Of a DNA stretch of 64,000 nucleotides, positions 37,279-47,455 are shown one piece after another. The notes under the pieces were generated by a model, which saw only the letters and a program-made list of their open reading frames with translations, did not search any database and was not told the origin of the DNA. A program made the position numbers and the translations under genes. Position 1 is the first letter of the stretch. The number at the start of each line of letters is the position of its first letter. Origin of the DNA: Myxococcales bacterium (GTDB taxonomy: Bacteria > Myxococcota_A > Polyangia > Polyangiales > DASUME01); the NCBI GenBank assembly GCA_047601445.1, contig JASGJH010000001.1:6688001-6752000 (forward strand), in the 5' to 3' direction.

Positions 37279-38643
37279 ATGTCTCAACGAAACCTTGGTA
37301 TCGGCCGTCCTCTATCGCTTGGCTTCGTGCGCCGCGCCACACGAAGCTTCGTTCAGGGCGGTGCCCTGATCGCGGTCGCTTGCGCTGCCGGCAGCGTGGA
37401 AGCGCAGTCCATTGCGTCCTACGTGACGTACGACTCCAGACTGGACGAAGCGCCAGCCGCCTTCGCGACGATCGAGTTCAAGACCTGCAGCACGGCGTAC
37501 GCTGGCATGGACGGCAGGGTCTACCTCGAGATCAACGGCAACGCTGACGAGCCCATCGACCTGGACAACCCCGGCGACGATCGCGAAGCCGGCGCCATAG
37601 ACGAGTACGCCTTCCCCTTCCCCGGGGGGCGTATCGGCAGCCTGAAGAGCTTCACCATCGTCAACCCCACCATGGACGGCTGGTGCATCGAGGACATCAA
37701 GATCAGCGTACGTGGCGAAGTCATCTGGGAGTACGACTCTCACAAGCCGCTGCAAGGGGACTCCTTATTCGCGGGGCCGGGCGGGCTCGCGTACGACGGC
37801 AGCGGCCCCATCGTCCTCGACGAGACCGCGGTCACCTTCACGGACGAAAAGAAGTCCCAGTACTTCCCCGCCGTCCCCGCAGGTCAGTACTGCGCACCGG
37901 GAATGCCTTGCGTTACGCTTGCTCAACCCCTGCCAGCGCATACGGTCACAGGCTACGCGGGCCTGCCGCTGCGTCGGAGCGAGCGTTGGAAGTACGTCGA
38001 GTCGTACTACGTCGATGGCCATCGCACGTTTGCCCCCTGCACTCTGCCAACGCTCGTTACCAGGGAGGACTTCAACACGCAGTTCAAGAGCGCTACGGGT
38101 TCCCACATCTCGCAAGACTCAAAGCTGTATTGGGGCAGTGGAAAATCCACCGTCACCCTCACTACCCCGGGCTCCGATCCCGTGTATAAGGCGCGCGCAA
38201 CCCTGTCGTACGACGCACCTCTCGACGACGTGGGCGTGAGCGCGACGACCTATATTCACCCGCGCTGCGGGCTGGTCGACGGGGCGTTGAGCCTGAGTTT
38301 TGAGATGAGCGACGTCGAGATCGGCACAACCGACGTGAACTTCCTCAATCTCTTGGTGGGCGCGTTCGGCGAGGCGATCAATAAGGGGGTGTCCTTCCCC
38401 ACGATCGCCCCTCCGACGTCAGCACCCAGCGTCGTGCCGGGCTGCGCCAAGTTCAGCACCAATGCCACCACGGGCGACCTGCAGATGGCCTGGCCCAAGA
38501 CGTACAAGCTCAGCTCGTTCAAGCTCACAGCGCAGCAGATAAAGGACATCACGACCGAGTACACGGGGGTCACCGGCGACACGCTGGTTTCTCTTCCGAC
38601 GAACCCGCTGTGCATTCGACCTTCGACGATCGCGGTTCCCTGA
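37279..38643 (+). CDS. Secreted PLAT/LH2-domain protein
   Basis: KTCSTAYAGMDGRVYLEING...LDNPGDDREAGAIDEY...DGWCIEDIKI; signal peptide ending VEA. Confidence 0.7.
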   Translation: MSQRNLGIGRPLSLGFVRRATRSFVQGGALIAVACAAGSVEAQSIASYVTYDSRLDEAPAAFATIEFKTCSTAYAGMDGRVYLEINGNADEPIDLDNPGDDREAGAIDEYAFPFPGGRIGSLKSFTIVNPTMDGWCIEDIKISVRGEVIWEYDSHKPLQGDSLFAGPGGLAYDGSGPIVLDETAVTFTDEKKSQYFPAVPAGQYCAPGMPCVTLAQPLPAHTVTGYAGLPLRRSERWKYVESYYVDGHRTFAPCTLPTLVTREDFNTQFKSATGSHISQDSKLYWGSGKSTVTLTTPGSDPVYKARATLSYDAPLDDVGVSATTYIHPRCGLVDGALSLSFEMSDVEIGTTDVNFLNLLVGAFGEAINKGVSFPTIAPPTSAPSVVPGCAKFSTNATTGDLQMAWPKTYKLSSFKLTAQQIKDITTEYTGVTGDTLVSLPTNPLCIRPSTIAVP

Positions 38644-38759
38644 GCGGAAGATTCAGTCGAGTCGAGTCGCGGAGCGACGTGGATGAAAACATCGCGGCCA
38701 GCCTCCCCCCAATGCCACCACTCGCGCCGCCGGTTGCGGCCACCCGATAGGAGATCGCC

Positions 38760-40089
38760 ATGCGTGTGTGTTCGTCGTTCCTTACTTTTTGCCAGCACAA
38801 ACGAGCGGCCTTTTTCCTGCTTGCCCTTGGGCTACTCGAGCTGGGCGCCAGCGACACGGTACAGGCGCAAGCAGACTACCAGCGTCCCCTCCTCGCGCGC
38901 TACAAACCCGACCGATCGCTCGATCCCACGTTTGGCAGCTACGGCCGTACCCTGCCCAACCCGACCGCACAGCTTGAGACCATCACGGCCGGCGCGCGAG
39001 CTCCGGGCGACAAGATCGTGGTGGCCGGCTACACGTACGGGTCGGCAAACTCGGGAAGTCGGGTCATGTTCGTCGCCAGGTATTTGGCGAATGGATCACC
39101 AGATGGTTCTTTCGGCCTCTGGGGATGGCGGGTTGTCGACTTCGGCAGCTCGACCGACGAAGTGATCAATGACGTGCACTGCGATTCGGAGGGGAGGATC
39201 ACGGTTGTCGGAAGCGCGTCGGTGGATGGCCAGCATCAAATCGCGGTCGCTCGAATGCTTCCGGACGGAAGTTTGGACCCCACGTTCGACGTAGACGGTA
39301 AGGTTCTGACCGATTTTCGCTCGAGCCTGAACGAGTACGGCGATACCGTGGAGGTGACTGCGCAAAGCGGAGATCGTGGTGGCAGGCAGGGCCGAACTAC
39401 CGGGGAGCGGGTCGACATCCGTGGACCACGAGCTGGCCATCGTGCGCTACCTGCCGAACGGCGAGCTGGACACCTCGTTCGATGACGACGGCAAGGTGCT
39501 GGTGGACTTGGGTGGTGTCGACGACGAGCCGCTGGCCGCGCGCGCGCTGCCCGTCGCCAGCGGCAAAATTGTCGTCGCCGGTACCGTAGGCGAACGCATC
39601 TTCGCCTTCCGGTTGCAGAAGGACGGTATGCGCGACTTGGCCTTTGGCTACTTGGGTGCGGCCTACATCGACATCCCCGACATGCGCGCCAAGGCTTGGG
39701 ACGCACGCGTTGACTCTCAAGGTAGAATCGTGCTTGCCGGAAGGGCCACAGTGAAAGGCAGCGGTTACGCACTATACCTGCTCGCACGCCTAACCGCGGG
39801 TGGTAGCAAAGACTCCTCCTTTGCAGGCGGTGGTGCCACGTACTTCGACTTTGGCTCGGAGGGGCAGCTTCTCACCAGTCTGAGTCTGGACGGTCAGGGA
39901 GATCTGATCTGCTCGGGCGGGTTCGGGCCACAAATGCTAGCGGCCCGCTTCAGTGCAAATGGCGCGCACAAGATGAGCGTGGCGAAGTGGCTTTCCCTCG
40001 CAAACTTCGAGGTTCCGGCGTTCGCTTTCGGCGACAGCGAAGGCCGGATCGTATTGGTCGGATATGCGACGAAACTCGACGGCTTTTAG
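38760..40089 (+). CDS. Delta-60 repeat beta-propeller protein; +1 frameshift at ~39362-39372
   Basis: Repeats ARY.PDGSLDPTF...G.V..DF occur in both 38760..39485 and 39376..40089; the junction reads CAA AGC G GAG ATC GTG GTG GCA. Confidence 0.8.
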
Positions 40090-40137
40090 CCGAGAGGTGC
40101 ACCCTGACGACCTTGTGGCTCACCAACATCCCGCTCG

Positions 40138-41793
40138 CTACTGCACGCCCACCGGCGGCGACACGTACGGCGGCAGCACGGCCGTCCAGCTCAACTTCCG
40201 GATCCCAACCGCATCCAAGTGAGGCGCCTCGATCCGCCAGTGTACCCCGATCCCGGGCGGCAACCCGTGCACTCCGAAGCGCATCACCGAGTACACGAGC
40301 TGCCCATCCGCGAGCTGATCGACGTCGAAGAACATGGCCATGCCCTGCGCGAGCGTCTCGGTCTCACGCACCTGCGCGGGATCGACGGCCACCACGCGAC
40401 CGAACTGCACACTACCCAGCAGCCATGCCGTGATATTCGAGAGGTTGGGGGCATCGCCCACGCTTTGAAGCTTCGCAGCATCCGAGCTGATTCCGCTCAC
40501 GAGCAAGCGTCCATCGACGCCGGCGCGCAGCATCAGGGGGACGAACGCTTCGGGGAGTGCCAGTTCGCGCTCGATGACGGGCTGAGCGTCGCCCGCGAGG
40601 ATGAGTCCGAGCACGCGCGCGGGGGGGGCGGGTTCGCTCTCGCTGGGCGCCTCCTGTGGCTCGACTTCAGGCTGTGGTGCTCCCAAGCCGATCGCTTCTT
40701 TGGCTCGCTCGATGGGGCTGCGGATGGAGTCGACGAGCTTGTCGGCTCGTCCGGCCAGTCGCGCGAGGCTGCGTCCTTGCAGGACCCATAGGCGCTGCGT
40801 GTCTGCGCGATCGGCCAGCAACGCGATCGAGGCACGCGCCGTGTGCTCGGGGGGAAGGGCGAAGGTCCAAGCCAGTCGCGGCGGGGCGCCTGTCATGTCG
40901 AAGAACCAGAGTTGGTTGCCTTCGCGTTCGAGCACCGCAGCGCGGGTGTCGCCTTCGAGGGCGGCGAGGGACCATGGAGTTCCCGCAGGGAGCGCGACGC
41001 GCGCTGATTCGCGCGGGGAGAGCGGGTCGCTTACGTCGAGCACCACGAGCTCGCGCTGCGTGAGGAGCCACAGCTGTCGACGTGAGTGCGCGGCCACGAG
41101 GTCGACCGGGACGCCACTCAATGGCAGGGACACCGACGTGAGCTGAACTGGATGCTCGGCTGCTCCCGCGTGAACGACCGCGAGGGCGTAGCGGCCGTCG
41201 TGTTCCGCGGCATGGGCCTGCACGGCATAGATGAGTCCGCCATCGGGCGAGAACACGTGTTTTCGCACGCGCGTGAGCGGGAGGTCTTGGGGTTCTTCGA
41301 AGAGGCGTTTGGCTTCCGAACTCATGCGCAGGAAGCGCAGCTTGTTGCCGCTCACGTCGCTCACCACCACGTAGCTCGCAAAATGGATCGGCTGTGCCGC
41401 GTGGCCGCGCGCGGTCTGCACCTCGAGCGTGTGCTTCGCCCGCGGCGGAAGCCCCCGGGGAACGCGCACCAAGAGGCCATTCTCGAGGTAGCCCTCGATG
41501 GGCAACGGTCGGCCGCCGACTCGAACCTGCGCATCGGAGCGCGCGAGCCCTGTGCCCAATACCGCGACCCACTCGCCCGGGGTGAACACTCGATCGCCGA
41601 GTTCGGTCGAGAGCGGGCCCGACGCTGGCAGCGGCAAGGCGCCGAGATCCACGGCTTGCTCGATCTGCGGAGGCACGTCGAGCGACACGGGGCTTGCGAC
41701 CCGACGCAGCGATGCGCCACCGCACCCGGTCGCGAGCACCAGGAAGACGAGGAGCCGAGGGGTGAAGCGGAGCACCCAGGCATGGATCGACAT
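40138..41793 (-). CDS. Lipoprotein with an IPT/TIG-like domain and beta-propeller-like region
   Basis: LATGC lipobox; PGEWVAVLGTGL...VRVGG...LLVRVP; VFSPDGGLIY. Confidence 0.65.
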   Translation of the reverse strand: MSIHAWVLRFTPRLLVFLVLATGCGGASLRRVASPVSLDVPPQIEQAVDLGALPLPASGPLSTELGDRVFTPGEWVAVLGTGLARSDAQVRVGGRPLPIEGYLENGLLVRVPRGLPPRAKHTLEVQTARGHAAQPIHFASYVVVSDVSGNKLRFLRMSSEAKRLFEEPQDLPLTRVRKHVFSPDGGLIYAVQAHAAEHDGRYALAVVHAGAAEHPVQLTSVSLPLSGVPVDLVAAHSRRQLWLLTQRELVVLDVSDPLSPRESARVALPAGTPWSLAALEGDTRAAVLEREGNQLWFFDMTGAPPRLAWTFALPPEHTARASIALLADRADTQRLWVLQGRSLARLAGRADKLVDSIRSPIERAKEAIGLGAPQPEVEPQEAPSESEPAPPARVLGLILAGDAQPVIERELALPEAFVPLMLRAGVDGRLLVSGISSDAAKLQSVGDAPNLSNITAWLLGSVQFGRVVAVDPAQVRETETLAQGMAMFFDVDQLADGQLVYSVMRFGVHGLPPGIGVHWRIEAPHLDAVGIRKLSWTAVLPPYVSPPVGVQ

Positions 41794-41935
41794 GGACGCC
41801 TAGCGTACCTTGGTCCGCGTGCCGCGCGTCATTGCCCGCAGTCTTGCGATGCCAACTTCCGGAGAAAGCGCGCGGATTACGCGGGAATGCATGCGCGACG
41901 TCGGCGTAGGGTGCGACCAGGCTACGCTGGCGAGC

Positions 41936-43942
41936 ATGGGTCGAAAGCTGGTCGCCATCGCTGCCACATTGTGCGCTAGTGGCTGTATGGACCTCAGCTT
42001 CGGCCCCTCGAGCGGACCGTCAGAGCCGGAGGTGCTTTGGGTCATGGTCGGAGCCGAGATCGAGCTTCACCTGAGCGACTGCAGCTCGGACGAAGACGAA
42101 GGACTCGTCCATTGTGTTTCCGCCCGCATCGACGAGCTGAAGTCGGTGGAGGTTGAGGAGGCGTTCGAGATTCTGGCGAGCAAGAGCGCCGACGGCGAAG
42201 CCCTGATCTCGCTGCGCGCCAAGCAGGAGGGCCACGCTTCTCTCAAGTACAGCTATCGCGACGGTAACGGTCTGGAGCGGCGCGGGCATGTGCTGCTCGA
42301 GGCCGCTGTTCCGCAGCGGGTCAGTGCCAGCGTCTACTGCGAGAGCGGCCGATCGGAGTTCGCGGATGCCATCGTGCTCGGTGCTGGTACGGAGCTCGAC
42401 GTGTTTGTGGAGGCGAACGCGGCGAACGGCAGGAATCTCGAGACGGGTACGCTTGCGTTGTTCGACTTCGGCGTCTTCGAGCAACTGGAGGGAACAGGAT
42501 CCCACGTCAAGCTGCGCGCTCCGCTCGGCACGGGGAGCTATCCTTGGCGGAACGTGCTTCAAGAGCAGGTCGACGTGCAGGTCGTCGACCAGTTCGGTGT
42601 CGCCTTCCGTGCCTGGCAAATGGACGGGCAGCTGACGCAGCTGCTGCTGGATTTAGCCGACGATCCATCCGGAAAGACGTTGTGCACCACGCCGGCCGAT
42701 GCCGTGGTCTACGTCAAGGTGGAGAGTGGTGATTGCCAGCTTGCGACCAACGGGGCCCGCTTGGCCGGCGTGGTTCCGCTGGCCTTGCCCACGTACAACG
42801 GATCGAGGCTGCAAGTACTGGGGACTGGCGAGTGTGTCGTGAGCGCGCAGACCTCGGGGGTGGAGCCCGTCACGCTCACTCTCTCGCCGCGCGCAGTGGA
42901 CGAAGTCTTGCCCGAAGGTGAGACCATCAGTACGAGCCCAGTGCCGCTCATGCTTCTTCCTGCGCTTCCCGAGATAAAGTGTTTTGAAGGGCGCTTGGAC
43001 GGGAAGTGCGAGACGCCCGACACGCCGGCGTTCGACGACGATTGCAGTGCAGGCACGGGCGTCCAGATGGTGATGAGCGACACGCGCGGGCCCGTGGTGG
43101 CAGAGCCTGTGGGAGCGGGTCTCGTCACCTCGGTATCGGTTGGAGCTTTCGTGGGGCTCGAGCGCTCCAAGTTGTCGCGGTCTCCCATGGGGATTGGATC
43201 CACAGTCACTTCACCGGTCACCGCCAGCGTAGAGGTCGGCGAGTGCGCGGCGGATGCGCCCACCATACGCATCGCCCACGTGACCCTCGAAGGCGCGGGC
43301 ACGGGACAGCTCGAGTTTCGCGCCAGCAATCTGGAAATGCCCGGTCATGTTGGCTTCGAACTCCGGGAAGTGGCCGCGTGCGGCATCGAGACCAGCTTCG
43401 AATACGACAAGTTCAGCGACCTCGCCGCGCCAGTGTTCGCGGGTTCGAGCCTCTCGTTCAGTGCCCAGTGCCAGGACGCCGCGGGCAATGCGCTGCGCGG
43501 AGAGCCACCACTGGAGCTGACGAGTGATCAGGCCGAGAGCCGAGCTCGCCTTGGAGCCGACGGGAAGCTGTTCGTCGGAGATGGTCCAGGTCACCTCCAG
43601 CTGAAGTCCATGATTGGCGTGGGAGGACAAGAACTCGAAGTCGTCGAGGCCGACGCCGCGAGCACGCTTTCGGCCACCATGAGAACCATCCCAACACCTT
43701 CAGGCGACGCCATGCTCGTCAAGGTCTCGGCGTTCGATCAGGCAGGCCGCATGATCCAGGGCGCTGGCCACGTTCCTGTGACGGCGGAGCTCGTCGCAGA
43801 GCCTGGGAGCTGGCTCTTCGATCTCAATGGGACGTACGGCCACGCGATCGCGGTGCGCCCGGTGGGCAACCAGCCGGCGACGCTGACGCTCACTCTGGGC
43901 GAGGCACGCACTCAGCTCGATTTGCCGCCGCCGTCCCCCTGA
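41936..43942 (+). CDS. Large beta-rich hypothetical lipoprotein (Ig-like repeats suspected)
   Basis: MGRKLVAIAATLCASGC lipobox; long ORF with coding-like codon use. Confidence 0.7.
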   Translation: MGRKLVAIAATLCASGCMDLSFGPSSGPSEPEVLWVMVGAEIELHLSDCSSDEDEGLVHCVSARIDELKSVEVEEAFEILASKSADGEALISLRAKQEGHASLKYSYRDGNGLERRGHVLLEAAVPQRVSASVYCESGRSEFADAIVLGAGTELDVFVEANAANGRNLETGTLALFDFGVFEQLEGTGSHVKLRAPLGTGSYPWRNVLQEQVDVQVVDQFGVAFRAWQMDGQLTQLLLDLADDPSGKTLCTTPADAVVYVKVESGDCQLATNGARLAGVVPLALPTYNGSRLQVLGTGECVVSAQTSGVEPVTLTLSPRAVDEVLPEGETISTSPVPLMLLPALPEIKCFEGRLDGKCETPDTPAFDDDCSAGTGVQMVMSDTRGPVVAEPVGAGLVTSVSVGAFVGLERSKLSRSPMGIGSTVTSPVTASVEVGECAADAPTIRIAHVTLEGAGTGQLEFRASNLEMPGHVGFELREVAACGIETSFEYDKFSDLAAPVFAGSSLSFSAQCQDAAGNALRGEPPLELTSDQAESRARLGADGKLFVGDGPGHLQLKSMIGVGGQELEVVEADAASTLSATMRTIPTPSGDAMLVKVSAFDQAGRMIQGAGHVPVTAELVAEPGSWLFDLNGTYGHAIAVRPVGNQPATLTLTLGEARTQLDLPPPSP

Positions 43943-43948
43943 CACCCA

Positions 43949-44929
43949 TCAGCACATGCCGTGTGCCTTCGCCCAGTGAAAGGCGCGCGAAATCGTGTCC
44001 TCCAGGCTGACCTGTGGCGTGTAACCGATGGCCTCTGAACGCGCGCCACTGAGGTGCTGCCCGGCCGACATCACCGCGATGGCGCTGTCGGAGACCACGG
44101 GGAGCGGGCCTCCGAATCGGTAGCGCAGCTTCTGCACGCCCCCCAGCACGCGAGCTGCGGCGAGCGGTGCGGCGGTGGGCGCTTTGACTCCAGCGACGCG
44201 TGCGATGAGCGCCGTCAGCTCGTCCATGTTCGTGTTGCTGCCCGTGAGCAGATAGCGCGCGCCCGGCGTGCCGTGCACGAGCGACATCACGAGGCCGCGA
44301 CCCGCGTCGCCCGCGTACACCACGTTGCGCTCGCCGCGCACGTACTTCTTGAGCTCACCGCGGGCGATGCCCGTGATCAACTGCCCAGTCGTGGAGCCTG
44401 TGTCGTGCTCGCCGAAGGTCATGGCGGGGATGCCGATCACCACGGGCAGGCCTGCCTTGGCCTTCTGCAACGCCTGCTCGTCCATCGCCCACTTCACTTG
44501 CAGATAGGGGTTCTTGCTCGCGGGCTCGTGGGCGTAGCGCTCCGTGCCGTCGGCGGGCTGGCCATCGTCGCGTCGGGGGAGGGCGATCGCGCCACCCAGA
44601 TACACGAGGCGCGGCACCTTCGCGCTCTCAGCCGCGTCGTACACGTTGCGATTGAGCGCCAGCGCCGTTGCCACCTCGTCCTGCCAGGGCCTCGGCGCAC
44701 CGGGGTAGTAAGCCGCAGCGTGGATCAGGCCATCGAGCCCCATGAGCGCCTGTTCCAGGGCGGCTCGATCGTTCAGGTCGGCCTGACGCCCCGTGAAGCG
44801 CAGGTCTTCCAGGCGCTTGAGCGAGGCGGGATTGCGATAGACGACGACCAGCTCATGCCCTGCGGACAGCACCGCTTCGGCGGTGTGCCGTCCCAGCATC
44901 CCGGTGGCGCCGAGCACAGCTACGCGCAT
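43949..44929 (-). CDS. NAD-dependent epimerase/dehydratase (HpnA/dihydroflavonol reductase-like)
   Basis: VLGATGMLG, HAAA, YLQVK (YxxxK). Confidence 0.9.
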   Translation of the reverse strand: MRVAVLGATGMLGRHTAEAVLSAGHELVVVYRNPASLKRLEDLRFTGRQADLNDRAALEQALMGLDGLIHAAAYYPGAPRPWQDEVATALALNRNVYDAAESAKVPRLVYLGGAIALPRRDDGQPADGTERYAHEPASKNPYLQVKWAMDEQALQKAKAGLPVVIGIPAMTFGEHDTGSTTGQLITGIARGELKKYVRGERNVVYAGDAGRGLVMSLVHGTPGARYLLTGSNTNMDELTALIARVAGVKAPTAAPLAAARVLGGVQKLRYRFGGPLPVVSDSAIAVMSAGQHLSGARSEAIGYTPQVSLEDTISRAFHWAKAHGMC

Positions 44930-44993
44930 GTCAGCCTCTCCTTTGCATGAAACTCAGGGAGGCTAGTCGTTCGATCGTCGATCTCAAGCAGGC

Positions 44994-46607
44994 TCAGCGC
45001 CCCATGCGCGGTCCGGCACCCAGGCGCTCCTCCAGCAGCCTCTCCAGCGTGTCGCGATGTTCACAGGCCGCGAGCGCCACCGAGCGCGCGACGCGTCCCG
45101 AGCGCACCAGGCTCGCCAGGGAACGTGCCATCGGCACCATGCCCTCGTCGCCGCCGGTCTCGAGCTGGGTGGCCACCATGTGCGTCCGACCGTCACGAAT
45201 CTGCGACGCGATCGCGTGCGTCACCGTCAGGATCTCGACTGCCGGCAGGCGTCCGCCGCCGTTGGCTTGCACGAGTTGCTGCGCGACGATGTGGCGCAGG
45301 CTCGCGGCCAGCTCGTGGCGCACATGGGACTTTTCGCTTTCGGGGAAGCCATCGATCAGGCGATCGATGGCCATCACTGCGCTGCCGCTGTGAATGGTCG
45401 ACAGCACAAGGTGACCTGTCTGCGCGGCCGTCAGCGTCATGCGAATCGTCTCGGGGTCCCGCATCTCGCCGACCAGGAGCACGTCGGGATTCTCGCGCAG
45501 GGCTGCGCGCAACCCGCTCGCAAAGCCATCCACGTGCTCCCCTACTTCGCGCTGATGGATGATCGAGCGGCGCGGCCGGTAGATGTACTCGACGGGGTCT
45601 TCGAGCGTGACGATGTGGACGGCGCGGGTGCGGTTGATGTGCTCCAGGAGGGCTGCCAGGGTGGTGGACTTGCCCGAGCCCGTGGCGCCCGTGAACAGCA
45701 ACAGGCCCGTGCGTTGCTCCACCAACTGCGTGAGAGAAGCCGGCAGATGCAGGTCGGCCAGGCTGGGGATGTCGGCCACGATCGGGCGCAGTGCAATCGC
45801 CAATCCACCATCGTGACGGAAGGCATTGGCACGAAAGCGCACCCGTTCGCCGAGCGCGTCCGTGTGATGCAGCGCGAAGTCCACACTGCCCGTGTCCTCG
45901 AAGATGCGCTTCCGCTGGTGGCCAAGCTGCGACACGACGTAGGTCTCGATGCCGTCGCTCGTGATGGGCGCTGCCTCCTCGCACGGGACCAGCGTGCCAT
46001 CCACACGCAGCAAGGGGGCATGCCCGCTCGACACGATGACGTCGGAGGCGCGCCGGACGACCGCCTCTTCGAGGATGGCGTCGAGGGGGCCGATGTCGAA
46101 GGTTCTCGCAGTCTGTGCAGCAGCGGGATGGGCTGGCTCTTCGATCGGGAGGGCAGTCCTCGGTTCTGCGACCGGTGCTTCCTTCCTGGGCCGCGTGTGG
46201 GGAGGCTGAGGGTGGGGAGGCTGAGGGTGGGGAGACTGAGGGTGGGGAGACTGAGGGTGGGGCGCGGCGACCGAGGTCTCGCCGACCTTGTGCGCAGGAC
46301 CGGGCAGGAGGCGTGTCAGCGTGAACGCCAAGCTGTCATTCTGCGCGCGCGCGTGCACCGCGTAGGTTCCATAGGCGGAGGAGCGATAGGCGGCTTCCAC
46401 CGCTCCCAACTCGCGCAGTGCTGCTCGCTCGTCGGCGCTCAATAGATCATTGAGCACGTGTTCCATCATGTCCTGCGAGAGTGCGGGCATCGTGAGCGGT
46501 AGTCGCGCTCCCGAGAGCAGCAGCGCCGGCACTTCACCCAGGGCCAGCACCAGCCCCTCGGCGCGCTTCATGTCGACAATCCCCAGCAGGGTCTCGATCA
46601 CTCTCAT
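44994..46607 (-). CDS. pilT: PilT/PilU-family type IV pilus ATPase with an extra N-terminal domain
   Basis: GATGSGKST, TLEDPVEY, LRENPDVLLVGEMRD, TGHLVLSTIH. A paralogue, not necessarily the main retraction ATPase. Confidence 0.9.
   Translation of the reverse strand: MRVIETLLGIVDMKRAEGLVLALGEVPALLLSGARLPLTMPALSQDMMEHVLNDLLSADERAALRELGAVEAAYRSSAYGTYAVHARAQNDSLAFTLTRLLPGPAHKVGETSVAAPHPQSPHPQSPHPQPPHPQPPHTRPRKEAPVAEPRTALPIEEPAHPAAAQTARTFDIGPLDAILEEAVVRRASDVIVSSGHAPLLRVDGTLVPCEEAAPITSDGIETYVVSQLGHQRKRIFEDTGSVDFALHHTDALGERVRFRANAFRHDGGLAIALRPIVADIPSLADLHLPASLTQLVEQRTGLLLFTGATGSGKSTTLAALLEHINRTRAVHIVTLEDPVEYIYRPRRSIIHQREVGEHVDGFASGLRAALRENPDVLLVGEMRDPETIRMTLTAAQTGHLVLSTIHSGSAVMAIDRLIDGFPESEKSHVRHELAASLRHIVAQQLVQANGGGRLPAVEILTVTHAIASQIRDGRTHMVATQLETGGDEGMVPMARSLASLVRSGRVARSVALAACEHRDTLERLLEERLGAGPRMGR
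46198..46262 (-). repeat. 15-bp coding tandem repeat (PHPQS/PHPQP x4) in the PilT linker
   Basis: Repeated CTGAGGGTGGGGAG(A/G) units. Confidence 0.85.
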
Positions 46608-46820
46608 GGGATTTTGGCAGAGCAAGAAGCGCGCCCGTGGGCGTTCCTCGCTGAATTCTCGGGTTTTTGCCTGCGAGGCTGCTCCGCGCGCTGTCAAAAC
46701 GGCGTACGAGCGAGGGCCTCCACGTCAGTTTGTCGCGTCCGCCGGCCGCGACCAGGGGGAGCTGCGTGCTTACAGCCAAGTAGGTTCTCGCCGGGAATTC
46801 GAGCTAGCATTGGGAACCGA

Positions 46821-47429
46821 ATGCCCGACGACCGCCCCATTCTCGACCATCTGAGTGAGGGCGGGCCGCAGGTGACGGCGGTGAGAGGCACGCTGATCGT
46901 GTCTTCACTGCAAACCCTCCAGATGATGGGGCTCTACGAGCGCTATCTGATGAACTTGCCCGCGCCCGTGCACGATGATGTGCTGTTTGCCGTCGCCAAC
47001 AGCTGGCTTCCCGTGCAGGTGGCGATGGCGCACTACGGAGCGTGCGATGAGCTGGGGCTGTCAGAGCAGCAGCACACGCAGATCGGCGAGGCCGTCTCGC
47101 AGCGCATCATGGGGACCTTCCTGGGGACCCTGTTGCGGTCGGGGCGCGCGATGGGGGCAGCTCCCTCGCCCTGGATCGCCTTGAAGCAGTACGGACGCAT
47201 TTGTGATCGCCTGCTGCTGGGTGGAAGGCATCAAGTGTACGAGCTCGCCGGCAAGGACGCGGTCATCGATACGCGCGGTGTGCCCATGTTCCGATACCAG
47301 TACTTCCGCACGGCGACCGTGGGCATCGCACGCGGCGCAGCGGGCATGTTCGCCAAGACCATCTATGCGCGAGAGCTGGCGCGGACGCCGGACCGTGAGC
47401 AGATTCGAGTGTCGCTGCGCTGGGTTTGA
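46821..47429 (+). CDS. Myxobacterial hypothetical protein (possibly DUF2378/V4R-like)
   Basis: VRGTLIVSSLQTL...SWLPVQVAMAHYGACD...LRWV. Confidence 0.65.
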   Translation: MPDDRPILDHLSEGGPQVTAVRGTLIVSSLQTLQMMGLYERYLMNLPAPVHDDVLFAVANSWLPVQVAMAHYGACDELGLSEQQHTQIGEAVSQRIMGTFLGTLLRSGRAMGAAPSPWIALKQYGRICDRLLLGGRHQVYELAGKDAVIDTRGVPMFRYQYFRTATVGIARGAAGMFAKTIYARELARTPDREQIRVSLRWV

Positions 47430-47455
47430 GAAGGCTGCCGCCGCAACAAGGCTGG

